Shown one piece after another: positions 36,096 to 45,810 of a DNA stretch of 58,761 bases. Under the pieces are notes generated by a model. That model did not search any database and was not told where the DNA came from. It was given only the letters and a program-made list of their open reading frames with translations. The stretch lies in the sequence record SRR2962707_856; one strand, 5' to 3'. Made by a program: the position numbers and the translations under genes. Numbering within the stretch: the stretch's first letter is position 1; each line of letters starts with the position of its first letter.

Positions 36096-38342
36096 TCACT
36101 CTTCATAGCCAGCGCTTTTGACGAACGCCGCGTCCTTCCGACTGATGGCATCGCGCTCCCGAACTTCCTTCAATTTGCCTTCCTTGAGGAGCGCCTTGAA
36201 GATCATTCCGGCGCGCTTTTTGTCGGCCGTTTCGTCCACGTCCAACCCCAAGGCATATGCCACGGCTTGACCTGCCCAGTTCTTGGCATTGGGTGCTGGC
36301 TTGAACTCGCCGTTATCCAGCAGGGTCTCGATTTGCCGCAACTGGTCAGGCGTGACCGTCTCGACAACCTGCTCGCTTCCCGGCCATTGCCACTCCGTAA
36401 CAACGCCGGCATGGTCCTGCGGCTTGGAAAGCCCCGCACCGTTGTTCAGCGCCACGCTAACCAAGTGCCGCCACTCCATGCTGCCGTTCATGGCTGCGAG
36501 ATTGGCCTTACCTCTACTGACCGAAAAATACGAAAAACGGTCCTGCCGTGGCACGCCCGCCGCGGTAGCCTGGTCATCGGTCATGCGGTTCAATACACGG
36601 GCTGAACGCGCTGCCGCCAGCAGCGATACTGCCCCGCGAGCATCCTCTACGGTTACGTCCCGCCCTTCTGACTTGCGGACGTGGTGAACCACCTCAATGG
36701 CACAGTTGGTCACGTCGGCAATGTAGCCCCACAACTTGGCTACCCGGTCGATTGCTCCGTTGTCGTTTTCCGAAACGGCGTGCGTTGACACAAACGGGTC
36801 GATCACCATCACGTCGATTTTGTTGCGAACGATCTGGTCGATCACCGCATCGACGATGGGCTCCTGAATTATCACCCCGCGCTTGTCATCCCGAGCGACG
36901 ACGATTTCCTGCTCGCGCCCTGAGTCCAGAAACAACCCGTCAAGGTCTTTGGGCTTGAGTTTGTAATGCGTCGCGGCCGCCATGATGCGGCGGTCCATTT
37001 CGTCACGGGGATCCTCTGCGTTAAAGAGCCAGACGTTGAGGCGCCGCGGCGGCTTTTCACCCAACAACGGCCGGCCCGTCACCATGGAAAGCGCTTCCGC
37101 GATGGTCAGGCTAGTCTTGCCGATGCCGCCGGGCGACACAGTGACCGACACATACTTGCGAATCAGGTGCGTGCCGTACACGAACTCCCGCCGCGGCAAA
37201 AGTGCAGGGTCTGTCCACTGAAACGGTGTTGCCGTGACGGGTAGTTGCTGGGCACTACGACTGTGAGGCGCTGGTTTTTGTTGGGGCGCGGTGGCCGGTT
37301 CCTCGACAGGTGGTGTTGCGCTGGTGGCAGGGGTTTCCTGCGCCTCCGCGGCCGGTTTTCCGCCCGGTTCGCTGTCCGCTACGGCCGCCACCTTGCGCAG
37401 CTTCGCCAATAACTTATGCGGCATCCAGCGCTCGAGGTCTTCGTTGTTGTCATTGTCGGGCTCGGGTATGTGTCGCGGCTGTAGCATTCCGGCTTCCAAA
37501 CCTCGCTTGATCTTGGCGCGGATTTCCCTCTCCCCGTCCTTGGCCACAACGCCATTGGCTACCGCGGCTTGCCATAGCCCCTGCTCGGCCTCGGAACGAG
37601 ACAGGGCGCCGGCGCCAACGATCGTGCCAAGGCTATAGGCTGACTTGTTCACAGCCTCACCCCGCCCACCTGCCGTGGTGGTAGCAAGGTCGGACAGTTC
37701 TGCCTCTACTGCCCGCTCGACGTACCGTTCGTTTGCGCCGGGCTGATAAGTGTAGGCTGTGCTGTTGGCTGGTTGCGTGGGCGCTGCGGGTGGCAGGACG
37801 AGATCCAGCAGCCATTGTGGGGCTGGTGCAGGCGGCAGGTCGTTGAGCCATTCATATGCACGCCCGTCGGTCATGCAGCTACCTGGTGCAATGACATATC
37901 CACCGTCACCACGCACATCGAGACCGCGCCCTAGCGCTCCGCGATTGCGAACGCCTGGATGGTGCGCAAAATAGACATGGCGGCCGCCTGACGCAGTGCG
38001 TGCTTCTCGGGTGGGCGGTAGCGGGTCGTTGGCTGCAATGAGTGCGGCAAGCGTTTCCTCGCCCTGTTTGCCGTCCGCGATATCAACGTCCAGCACCCAC
38101 ACGCCAGTCTGCTCGCCGGTCGGGATACCAATCATTGCGTCGGGGTGATCGCTCCACCAACGGTCGATGATGCGCGGGAACTTGCTGGCCGACCGGAAGC
38201 CCTTGCTGGTGTAGGGCGACTTGGGTGGCATGAACTCACCGGTTTCGGCGTGGGGCTCCTCCTTGGCGCGGCACGGGAACACAGGCCATTGCTGGCTTGT
38301 AATGTAGTCGATCGCGACGGCGTGTGGTGTGGTCTGGGTCAT
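36096..38342 (-). CDS. Bifunctional Prim-Pol primase / RepA-like (AAA_25) helicase
   Basis: WPVFPC, IGIPTG..VLDVD, TASGGRHVYF, DVRGDGGYVIAP; SPGGIGKT, VIDPF, VVHHVRK. Confidence 0.92.
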   Translation of the reverse strand: MTQTTPHAVAIDYITSQQWPVFPCRAKEEPHAETGEFMPPKSPYTSKGFRSASKFPRIIDRWWSDHPDAMIGIPTGEQTGVWVLDVDIADGKQGEETLAALIAANDPLPPTREARTASGGRHVYFAHHPGVRNRGALGRGLDVRGDGGYVIAPGSCMTDGRAYEWLNDLPPAPAPQWLLDLVLPPAAPTQPANSTAYTYQPGANERYVERAVEAELSDLATTTAGGRGEAVNKSAYSLGTIVGAGALSRSEAEQGLWQAAVANGVVAKDGEREIRAKIKRGLEAGMLQPRHIPEPDNDNNEDLERWMPHKLLAKLRKVAAVADSEPGGKPAAEAQETPATSATPPVEEPATAPQQKPAPHSRSAQQLPVTATPFQWTDPALLPRREFVYGTHLIRKYVSVTVSPGGIGKTSLTIAEALSMVTGRPLLGEKPPRRLNVWLFNAEDPRDEMDRRIMAAATHYKLKPKDLDGLFLDSGREQEIVVARDDKRGVIIQEPIVDAVIDQIVRNKIDVMVIDPFVSTHAVSENDNGAIDRVAKLWGYIADVTNCAIEVVHHVRKSEGRDVTVEDARGAVSLLAAARSARVLNRMTDDQATAAGVPRQDRFSYFSVSRGKANLAAMNGSMEWRHLVSVALNNGAGLSKPQDHAGVVTEWQWPGSEQVVETVTPDQLRQIETLLDNGEFKPAPNAKNWAGQAVAYALGLDVDETADKKRAGMIFKALLKEGKLKEVRERDAISRKDAAFVKSAGYEE

Positions 38343-38411
38343 GCTGCCTCGCTGGTGGTGGTTGTGGTGGCGTGAAAGAAAAGAAAAAGCGCGATGGGCG
38401 CAAAATAGTGT

Positions 38412-38440
38412 TTGACAACTAGGGCCATTGGTCCTAGTAT
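38412..38440 (+). promoter_or_regulatory. Promoter with inverted-repeat operator
   Basis: TTGACA-N17-TAGTAT; inverted repeat ACTAGGGCCATTGGTCCTAGT across the spacer. Confidence 0.75.
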
Positions 38441-38467
38441 GAGGATAACGAAACAAGGAGAAGCACC

Positions 38468-38692
38468 ATGAACGCCCTCGAAAAAATCGCCGCAGCCCAA
38501 GCAATGCCCCACACGCACAAGGTCGTCACGACCTACGCCGACGGCGCGGTGCGAGAACTGGCTACCCGCAACGCTGCTGCCGCCGAAACCCACGCGATTG
38601 GCGAACGCCGCAAGGTTGGTCGCGACTTGATTTCGCGTGAGACCGGCAAGACGGTTCGGGTTGTTAGCGTTGATGTCCTGCCTATCGCATGA
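38468..38692 (+). CDS. Hypothetical protein (moron)
   Basis: AAGGAG SD, own promoter. Confidence 0.75.
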   Translation: MNALEKIAAAQAMPHTHKVVTTYADGAVRELATRNAAAAETHAIGERRKVGRDLISRETGKTVRVVSVDVLPIA

Positions 38693-38874
38693 CACCCGAC
38701 GACCTAAACCGCCGCTGCACCGCCCTATACGGACGCGAGTGGCAAACCCTGCTGGCACGGCGCGTGCGCGTTGACGCCCGAACCGTCCGCCGCTGGAAAG
38801 CCGGTGACCGCGCCATCCCCGATTGGGTAGAGTGGGCGATTGGCGTGTTGGAGCGGAACGTTGGGGAGCGTTAG
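38689..38874 (+). CDS. Small HTH regulator
   Basis: WQTLLARRVRVDARTVRRWKAGDRAIP; ATGA-coupled. Confidence 0.8.
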   Translation: MTPDDLNRRCTALYGREWQTLLARRVRVDARTVRRWKAGDRAIPDWVEWAIGVLERNVGER

Positions 38875-39597
38875 TCATGCGGCCGCCTCGAACAAGTCCG
38901 GGTTGTTGTCATTTGCCGGACGTTTCGCCGATCGCGCCATGCCGATAAGAATGTTACGGAACGGCGTCGGTGTGTGTATCCTCGGCGTGCTGTTTTGCCC
39001 GCCACCTTTGGCGCCGACTTCACCCAACCGCTTGGCGCGCTTCAAGCCCATACGCTCGACCACAGCCGGGTCTAGCCGCGGCTCACCGATTCCCCAATCG
39101 AGCTCGGGCAGTTCGCACCCGTAGGCCAGCAATAGCGTCGGCTTGCGCGCATAGTGCCCATATCGGCCTTGCTCGACGCAGCACGTCCATCCGCCATAGA
39201 AGTCAGCGACAATCCACCCACCTGCCCGCGGTGGTTTGTTGATGCCAAAGTGCGCCCACGCATGGCTGCCCCAAGGATGCTCAATGACGCCACCGTACTT
39301 GCGAGCAGACGCTAGAGCCGCGGCAAAGCAACCACCGTCGTCTCCCTTGATTTTTCGAATGCCGGTGCGCTTGATGTAGAGCGGCTGGCCGGCCCATAAC
39401 TTGCCCCAACGCTGGCAAGGTGGGTGAGCGACTACAGGGTGCGGCCCGTCATACGAACGCGCGTCCCGTGCTTCGTCCCAAGGGTCAACGCCTGGCAGGC
39501 CGTAATAACAGCCGCCGGTTTCAACATAGAGCGCCGCAATGGTGCGCCCGCCCGCTACGCCAGTTGCTGGCGCGTTGTCATTCGCCGCGCGGGTCAA
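38875..39597 (-). CDS. Conserved phage protein with HPPC motif (C5-methyltransferase-like)
   Basis: PVVAHPPCQRW, GVIEHP, YGH..RKPT; TTGA-coupled start; ANDN at both ends. Confidence 0.6.
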   Translation of the reverse strand: MTRAANDNAPATGVAGGRTIAALYVETGGCYYGLPGVDPWDEARDARSYDGPHPVVAHPPCQRWGKLWAGQPLYIKRTGIRKIKGDDGGCFAAALASARKYGGVIEHPWGSHAWAHFGINKPPRAGGWIVADFYGGWTCCVEQGRYGHYARKPTLLLAYGCELPELDWGIGEPRLDPAVVERMGLKRAKRLGEVGAKGGGQNSTPRIHTPTPFRNILIGMARSAKRPANDNNPDLFEAAA

Positions 39598-39725
39598 AAC
39601 GGCCACCAAATCAGTGCGAAAAGCACGACCCATAAGAGGAAAAACACAGACCAGATGACGGCGGCAATTCGTCCCCACACTCTGGTCTCACGCTGGAATT
39701 CTGGTGCAAAATCTGGATCAATCAT
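39594..39725 (-). CDS. Small membrane protein (43 aa)
   Basis: TAATG-coupled; one TM segment. Confidence 0.55.
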   Translation of the reverse strand: MIDPDFAPEFQRETRVWGRIAAVIWSVFFLLWVVLFALIWWPF

Positions 39726-40084
39726 TAGAATGGTACTCCGTTCTTGACGGCATCCCGCACACCCTCGCCGCAATACGCCCAAACGGCCCGCACGAACTCC
39801 TCCACCTGGAGCGCGTCCCACGTAGAGAGGTCGGGGCCATTGGCTTCTATAAGCGGCCCAACAGCCTCAATTGCATGATCCACAGCGGCGCGCTCGTAGC
39901 CGTTCCACTGGCGTATGTCTTTGATTTCTGTGAGCATTTCCATGCACCTGTTGCAGAGGTAGTGAGGGTCTTGTTGGGGGTTTCCTACGCCCAGACCATG
40001 GGCGTGCCGGCCACATGCGTGGCAGGCGGTCGGGTAGCCCTGGTGGTCGCGGGTGGGGCGGAAGGGTAGAACGGGGGGGGTCAT
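39725..40084 (-). CDS. Hypothetical Zn-binding protein
   Basis: CHAC...C..C; ends VPF. Confidence 0.65.
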   Translation of the reverse strand: MTPPVLPFRPTRDHQGYPTACHACGRHAHGLGVGNPQQDPHYLCNRCMEMLTEIKDIRQWNGYERAAVDHAIEAVGPLIEANGPDLSTWDALQVEEFVRAVWAYCGEGVRDAVKNGVPF

Positions 40085-40884
40085 GCGGCACCGCCGAACA
40101 GGTCCGCTGGTTGTTCTGGACCTACCCCACCAGCTTGCGCAGGAGGGGTGTTGTCGTTGGCTGCTACAGGAACGACCTGCTCGTCACGAATGCGCCGCTC
40201 GGCTATCGCGAAGTAGTCAGGGTCACGCTCTATGCCGATGAAGCTGCGGCCAGTGTTGCGCGCCGCAAGTCCTGTTGTTCCGCTGCCCATCGTGTTATCG
40301 AGCACGGTTTCACCTTCATTCGTGTAGGTGCGAATGAGGTATTCCATGAGCGCGACGGGCTTTTGGGTGGGGTGGTGGCGAGCGCCCCTGTCATGGTCGA
40401 ACTCGAGAATGGATCTCGGGTAGCGCTCTCCGCTATTCTCGGTCACCACTTCGACCTGCTGGCCATAGTTAGTGCTTTGGCGGCCGGACTTAACGGTGTA
40501 CGGCTTACCGCTAGCCATCTGCGGGTTGTATGTGCATTGCGACCGATAGAATACCAGCACATTTTCATGCGCTTTCATGGGTTGCTTTTTGGCGTTCAGG
40601 TGCCCCGTGGCTAGCCGTTTTGACCAAATCCATTCGTACTTCAGATACTTGAGGCACGACACGCCGAGCGCCTTATCGAACGGTGTCTGCGCCGTCAAAA
40701 CAACCGCGCCATTCGGCTTGACCACGCGCCAATATTCAGCCCACAGATGGTCGAGCGGGATAATAGAGTCCCACTTGTTCTGCGTCGTCCCATACGGCAA
40801 GTCGCACAGGATCATATCGACACTGCTGTCCGCTAGGGTCGGCAGGATTTCAAGGCAATCGCCCAATCTCAGGTCAAAGGACAT
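40081..40884 (-). CDS. DNA N6-adenine/N4-cytosine methyltransferase (beta class)
   Basis: DLPY, HPTQKP, VLDNTMGSGTTG. Confidence 0.92.
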   Translation of the reverse strand: MSFDLRLGDCLEILPTLADSSVDMILCDLPYGTTQNKWDSIIPLDHLWAEYWRVVKPNGAVVLTAQTPFDKALGVSCLKYLKYEWIWSKRLATGHLNAKKQPMKAHENVLVFYRSQCTYNPQMASGKPYTVKSGRQSTNYGQQVEVVTENSGERYPRSILEFDHDRGARHHPTQKPVALMEYLIRTYTNEGETVLDNTMGSGTTGLAARNTGRSFIGIERDPDYFAIAERRIRDEQVVPVAANDNTPPAQAGGVGPEQPADLFGGAA

Positions 40885-41131
40885 GGAAATATGGCTCCAT
40901 CTCTAGACCAACATCGCCCGACCAGACGCACTCACTGTCTTTGTAAATGCGCACATTGACAGGCCACGTATCCTCCCATCCGTCATGGTTGGAGTGGTAG
41001 TCCTCGGCTAAGTCTGTTGCGACCAGTCGCCAGTCGTCATTGTAGGTTGGCTGGTTTTTGGGGAAATCCCAGCGATCAGACCAGACGTCCGATTGGCGTT
41101 CTGATCCCGCGCAGTATTGGAGTTTTGTCAT
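40874..41131 (-). CDS. Hypothetical protein
   Basis: ATGA-coupled; AEDYHSNHDGWE..WP. Confidence 0.65.
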   Translation of the reverse strand: MTKLQYCAGSERQSDVWSDRWDFPKNQPTYNDDWRLVATDLAEDYHSNHDGWEDTWPVNVRIYKDSECVWSGDVGLEMEPYFHVL

Positions 41132-41916
41132 GCGGCCACCTCGCTTGCGGCATTGTCGTTGTCGAACATGCTGACCGGCTTGGGTGGCTTGCGATGTTCT
41201 GTGAACATGTCGCCTTGGCTGTAGGCTTTCTCGATGCGCTCGCACGCCACGTCGAAATACTTGGGGTCCAGTTCGACACCGATAAACTTGCGCCCCATAC
41301 GAGCGCAGGTAACGCCGGTCGTGCCACTTCCAGCGAACGGATCGAGGATTGTCTCGCCGGGGTTGGTGAAGTCGGCCAGCAGTTCGCGCATAAGCGGAAG
41401 TGGCTTTTCGGTCGGGTGCCTGCCGTCGCGGTCGCGCTGGTTGGTCAGGTGGGTATAGACGCCGCGCTTGCCACCAGCGTTCCAGCGCGAGTGGCCCTGC
41501 CCGTTCCATGCAAGCGGCATGGACTCGTAGCCCATTGCTGGCATCTGGCCGTTTAACTGCGGCGTGCTGTCAGGCTTCACCCATATCATCGAGCGCTTAT
41601 ACTTGCTGCCGGCCGCCTCCATAACGTCGCGCCAATCGCCGACAGCCTCGGCTTGGCAGAACAGAAGTATCCAGCCTTGTGACAGTCGGGCAGCCTCTTT
41701 GGCGACAGCGGTTCGCAGGTCTTCGGTTATTGCCGTGAAATCAAGGTCGACGTTGACGCCAGTCTTCACGCTTTTCTGCGTGCGCATCATGGAGCGGTGC
41801 GCCTCCTTTTCGTATGGAGGATCTCCGATGACATGATTCACCGGATCCAAACCGGCCATAACTTCCAGGCAATCGCCATTGTACAACGTGCAATCGCCGA
41901 TGCGTTCAATGCGCAT
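41128..41916 (-). CDS. Second beta-class DNA methyltransferase
   Basis: DPPY, HPTEKP, ILDPFAGSGTTG. Confidence 0.92.
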   Translation of the reverse strand: MRIERIGDCTLYNGDCLEVMAGLDPVNHVIGDPPYEKEAHRSMMRTQKSVKTGVNVDLDFTAITEDLRTAVAKEAARLSQGWILLFCQAEAVGDWRDVMEAAGSKYKRSMIWVKPDSTPQLNGQMPAMGYESMPLAWNGQGHSRWNAGGKRGVYTHLTNQRDRDGRHPTEKPLPLMRELLADFTNPGETILDPFAGSGTTGVTCARMGRKFIGVELDPKYFDVACERIEKAYSQGDMFTEHRKPPKPVSMFDNDNAASEVAA

Positions 41917-42018
41917 GGTGCATCTCTCCTCAAGGTGGCGCACGCAGGTGGTGACTGGGTGCTGTGTGATATAGCGGAGCGCATAAAACGCCCCGCTCTA
42001 TATGCTATAGTATATGCC

Positions 42019-42291
42019 CTACTGCGCTTGCGCGGCAGTGGGGCATGGCTTCCAGTGTGTGGGCTTTATCGATGGAACGCCGTCATCATTGACAGCCCAG
42101 CAAATACCATCCGTCCATCCGTCTGGAGGCTCCTGATCTTCGGCCATGTACCAGCCGCCGCTGTCCTCTCCGTCACTGTTGAGAAGGCCGTTGGTCCACG
42201 CGATAATATTGTCATCGCCATTGCCGGGGATGCGCGCTTGGAATGCGGTGCCATCCTTCGGTGCAGTTTCTATCGGTTGCCAATCCATCAC
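42019..42291 (-). CDS. DUF551-like protein
   Basis: WQPIETAPKDG...PTHWKP. Confidence 0.75.
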   Translation of the reverse strand: MMDWQPIETAPKDGTAFQARIPGNGDDNIIAWTNGLLNSDGEDSGGWYMAEDQEPPDGWTDGICWAVNDDGVPSIKPTHWKPCPTAAQAQ

Positions 42292-43046
42292 CTCGCCACC
42301 TTATCTTCCCAAACCCTAAACCCCGGAACGTCCCTTAGTCCCCCACGCACCGCGCCGTCCGCCATGCTCTGCACCAGCGCAAGGAACGCCGCTTCGTCAC
42401 GCTCAAAGGCCCAATCTAGAGCCGCCCCGGGGTCGACCAAATCAGCCTTCCAAACCGACCTTAAACCCGTTCCAGTCGTCGCGGCTTTCTCAGTCCGGCG
42501 CGCAAACTTACTGGCCTCCTTGCTTTCCGCCAGCCGCTCCTCTGCGCGCTCGCGCTCCTCAAGGTTGCCCGACGATACACGGATAGCGTCTTGTGCTTCC
42601 TGCTCCAATTTAGCAGCCAGTGCCGCAGCTTCCGCTGCTCTAGCTGCTTTTTCTTCCTGAACTTTCCGGCGCCACACGGCCAGCAAATCACCAAGCGCGG
42701 CCTTGCCCATATCGACCTTGCCACGCTTCGCTTGCACATATGGGTTCCACTTAGCTTGCACTGCCGCTGCCGCGTCGTCGTGCGGCTTCTTTTCCGCCTT
42801 GCGCAGTTCCTCGGCTTCCTTGCCGGCCTCGTGCAGCCCGTTGTAAAGTTTCTCGAGCTCGTCGTGCATTTCCTGGGAGGCGATGGCCTCGCCGTCCGCG
42901 AAGTTCTTGGCCTCATCGTACAGGTCGTCGATGCGCTGCTGCACGGTAACGTCGGGCGGCGGGTTGTTGTGGCCGGGTTGGGGTGCGTTGTCGTTGGTGG
43001 GTTCGGGGTATAGGTCGAACTCGGTGGTGGTGGCTGGTGCGGTCAT
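42288..43046 (-). CDS. Coiled-coil hypothetical protein of recombination module
   Basis: GHNNPP start, RKAEKKP, VPGFRVWE end. Confidence 0.7.
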   Translation of the reverse strand: MTAPATTTEFDLYPEPTNDNAPQPGHNNPPPDVTVQQRIDDLYDEAKNFADGEAIASQEMHDELEKLYNGLHEAGKEAEELRKAEKKPHDDAAAAVQAKWNPYVQAKRGKVDMGKAALGDLLAVWRRKVQEEKAARAAEAAALAAKLEQEAQDAIRVSSGNLEERERAEERLAESKEASKFARRTEKAATTGTGLRSVWKADLVDPGAALDWAFERDEAAFLALVQSMADGAVRGGLRDVPGFRVWEDKVAR

Positions 43047-43108
43047 TTCTATCTCCTCGGTGGTGGTGCCAGTGGTGGTGGCTATGCGGTTTAGGGTATA
43101 AAACGCTG

Positions 43109-43429
43109 TTATGCGGTGCGGGGTATAGGCTGGTCGACAAGAGCTCCATGCTCACGGCTGATAGCCATGAACTTCTCAATCTTCCGGCGCTTTTTCTCGA
43201 TCGTCTCTTCGGACGGCATTACCCCAAGACCCGGAAGCGCACCCGTACGGTACAAAAGCAGCGCTACCGCAACTAGGTCGTGCAACTCCTCGACGACGCG
43301 CTCCGCGTTGTTCAATTGCTGACCGTCCTGCACTTCACCAAGACTGAAGCGCAGCGCCTTCATGCACCGCTGACCAACCTCGTCACACTCTTCTGCTAGG
43401 CACGCTAGCAAGTACTCTTGCTTATTCAT
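43109..43429 (-). CDS. MazG-like all-alpha protein
   Basis: LAEECDEVGQRCMKALRF...EELHDL. Confidence 0.6.
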   Translation of the reverse strand: MNKQEYLLACLAEECDEVGQRCMKALRFSLGEVQDGQQLNNAERVVEELHDLVAVALLLYRTGALPGLGVMPSEETIEKKRRKIEKFMAISREHGALVDQPIPRTA

Positions 43430-43508
43430 CTATCAATCTCCTCATGGTTCGCCGCCGTGGTGTTGCGGCATGTCAAAATACGTGGCCAGTTGCGGTAGCA
43501 ACCCGCCA

Positions 43509-45203
43509 CTAAAAAGGAATTATGTCCTCACCAACGGCCAGCTTTGCCAGCCGCTCGCGCTCGTTGTCGTTGTTGGCGGCGGGTGCATGTTGCTCCGCAA
43601 CCGGCACCGCATTGTCGTTCGCAGCGCCCTCGCCCGCCTTATAATCAGTCACGTTCCAATACTTCCCGTTCTTGCGAACCTGGACCTCGGCAGTCTCGCG
43701 CAACTCGCCTGCTTCGACCCTCTCCAAGAACTCTTCCACGCTAGAAGGAAACGGCCGCTTGCCGCCATGCCTTGACCACCAGCGATCCGCCTTGGCTTTC
43801 GCAAAGCCCTCGTGCTCGCAGCAGATCCAATCGCGCTGTATTTCAAGCCCCAAAGTGTAATCGACCCTCACGCTAGGCGTACCGCCTAGCTTTTCGTGGC
43901 GGCGAAACGTCCGTCCCGACACCGACCGCCAAATGGGCTCGTTGGTGGACAGGATGGGGGCGTCGGAGGGCGCAGCGGTAATCTTGACTTCCTCGGACGC
44001 CGGAAACTCATTGCCGCACGCCGGGCATACTTTCGCCGATGCGTGGCAAATCTCGTCGCACTGCTCGCAAATACGGCAGGGTGCCTCGCCTTCACCCTTG
44101 CCGGGCTCTTTCGGCTCAACAGCGTCCACGGGTCCATGGCGTGAGACATTCCCCGCGTGATCGAGCACCAAGCAGTTCTCCTTGCCCGGTGCCATGCGGG
44201 TGCCCCTGCCACAAATTTGTACGTACAAGCCCGTTGAGGCCGTCGGGCGGAGCATTGAAATCAAGTCCACCTGCGGCACGTTAAAGCCCTTGGTGAGCAT
44301 GTTTGCTGAACACAAGGCGCGCAGCTTGCCGGACTTGAAGTCGCGAATGATCGCGTCCTGCCCCGCCGTGCGGCTGGTCAGGCTTGCAGCCGGTATGCCC
44401 TGCGCCAGCAGTTCGTCGCGCACGTGTTCGCTATGATCCTGGCCCGAACAAAAGAACAGCCAAGCCTTGCGGTTTTGCCCGTACCGAATTGCGGTCTGCA
44501 CAGCGGCGCGCGTGATTTCCTCCTTATCAGCGGCACGGTTTAGTTGGCCGGGAATGAACTCGCCGCCTCGCTTGCCAACGCCGCCAAGGTCAATCATCAC
44601 GTCGACGGCCTTGGACGTAAGCGGTGCTAGATAGCCAGCGTCGATCAGGTCGCGCAGCTTGGCTTCGTACACCACGTCGTCAAACAGCCTGTCCTCGCCT
44701 TCGGTGAGCCGCCCACTATCCATGCGGTAGTCAGTGGCGGTCAGGCCTGCCGTGCGGGAGTCCGGGTTCTTGGCGCGTACCGCTGCGAAATACTGGCCGT
44801 ATTGCGTGTCAGCTTTTCGGCTAATCGCGTGCGCTTCGTCGACGATCGTCAGGTCAATATCACCAAGCTCATCAACCTTGTTGGCCACCGACTGGATGCC
44901 AGCAAACAACACTTGCGCGTTGCGGTCGCGTCGACCCAGACCCGCCGAGTAGATTCCCGATGGTGAAAAAGGTGATAGGCCGACGAACTCTTTGAAGTTC
45001 TGTTCCACCAGGGTTTTACTGTCTACCAAATTGACAATCCGCATGTCGGGATAGTCCGCGAGAATTTCCTCAATGAGTTTGGCAATGACGAAAGCTTTGC
45101 CACTGCCGGTTGGCAGGACAATAAGCCCGTTGCCGCCGCTGTTAGCCCAGTAGTCGTATAGGCTGTCCAGGGCGGCTCTTTGGTAGTCGCGGAGTTGGAG
45201 CAT
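43509..45203 (-). CDS. SF2 helicase (RadD/YejH-like) with Zn finger
   Basis: LRDYQ, LPTGSGK, DEAH, TAT, QICGRGTR, CxxC...CPAC. Confidence 0.93.
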   Translation of the reverse strand: MLQLRDYQRAALDSLYDYWANSGGNGLIVLPTGSGKAFVIAKLIEEILADYPDMRIVNLVDSKTLVEQNFKEFVGLSPFSPSGIYSAGLGRRDRNAQVLFAGIQSVANKVDELGDIDLTIVDEAHAISRKADTQYGQYFAAVRAKNPDSRTAGLTATDYRMDSGRLTEGEDRLFDDVVYEAKLRDLIDAGYLAPLTSKAVDVMIDLGGVGKRGGEFIPGQLNRAADKEEITRAAVQTAIRYGQNRKAWLFFCSGQDHSEHVRDELLAQGIPAASLTSRTAGQDAIIRDFKSGKLRALCSANMLTKGFNVPQVDLISMLRPTASTGLYVQICGRGTRMAPGKENCLVLDHAGNVSRHGPVDAVEPKEPGKGEGEAPCRICEQCDEICHASAKVCPACGNEFPASEEVKITAAPSDAPILSTNEPIWRSVSGRTFRRHEKLGGTPSVRVDYTLGLEIQRDWICCEHEGFAKAKADRWWSRHGGKRPFPSSVEEFLERVEAGELRETAEVQVRKNGKYWNVTDYKAGEGAANDNAVPVAEQHAPAANNDNERERLAKLAVGEDIIPF

Positions 45204-45406
45204 TAGACAGAGCCACGGCTAGCCTGCTGCTCGATATATGCAATTATCAAGCAGTCATCGTCATGGTCTGGCCGCGTCGGAATAGAGAATTTCGGCCCCT
45301 TCCCGCTCTCAAGACGCTCACCGTCTCGGCGAAAAGAGCCGCGAATGAGGCGCAGTGCGACTTCCTTGGCCTCTTCGTGGCCGATTGTTCTGTCCGTTAT
45401 GGTCAT
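45203..45406 (-). CDS. Hypothetical protein
   Basis: GAGGAG SD, TAATG-coupled. Confidence 0.65.
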   Translation of the reverse strand: MTITDRTIGHEEAKEVALRLIRGSFRRDGERLESGKGPKFSIPTRPDHDDDCLIIAYIEQQASRGSV

Positions 45407-45461
45407 CGTATTCTCCTCATTCGCCCGGTGGTGACAGGCGGGGTGGTGGTGTGGGTGGCGG

Positions 45462-45740
45462 TTAGGTAGCGGCTAGAAAGCGGTCGCGGTCGCCAACCTC
45501 TGGGAATAGTTCGGCCAGCAACTCGTCGTCGCCCATCTCGTCCCAGATTTCCTCCATAGTCGGCGCGTCTTCGTCCCGTGCCATCATTGCGATTGTCATT
45601 CGGGCTTCAGCGTTCGCGCCGCACATATCGGCTTCGTGAACGGTCGCGATATTATCGCCGCGCTCAAACAGCTTTCCGTCCCAATCAAAGACCTCGTAAG
45701 AGAACTTGCCGTTTTCGTCTCTGGCGCTGCGGTTCCACAT
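45462..45740 (-). CDS. Hypothetical protein
   Basis: GAGGAG SD behind operator-bearing promoter. Confidence 0.7.
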   Translation of the reverse strand: MWNRSARDENGKFSYEVFDWDGKLFERGDNIATVHEADMCGANAEARMTIAMMARDEDAPTMEEIWDEMGDDELLAELFPEVGDRDRFLAAT

Positions 45741-45766
45741 TGTTTTGCTCCTCTTGCTATATGCCC

Positions 45767-45810
45767 AATATAGACATATGCGCATATATGTCAAGCGCAA
45801 AGTGATATGC
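45767..45810 (-). promoter_or_regulatory. Promoter with palindromic operator ATATGCGCATAT
   Basis: CTTGACATATATGCGCATATGT-CTATAT. Confidence 0.8.

Noticed and set aside
38351-38358. GCTGGTGG and GGTGGT tracts as Chi sites
   Set aside because: They are the reverse complement of the CACCAC leader motif and are tied to SD position and transcription direction
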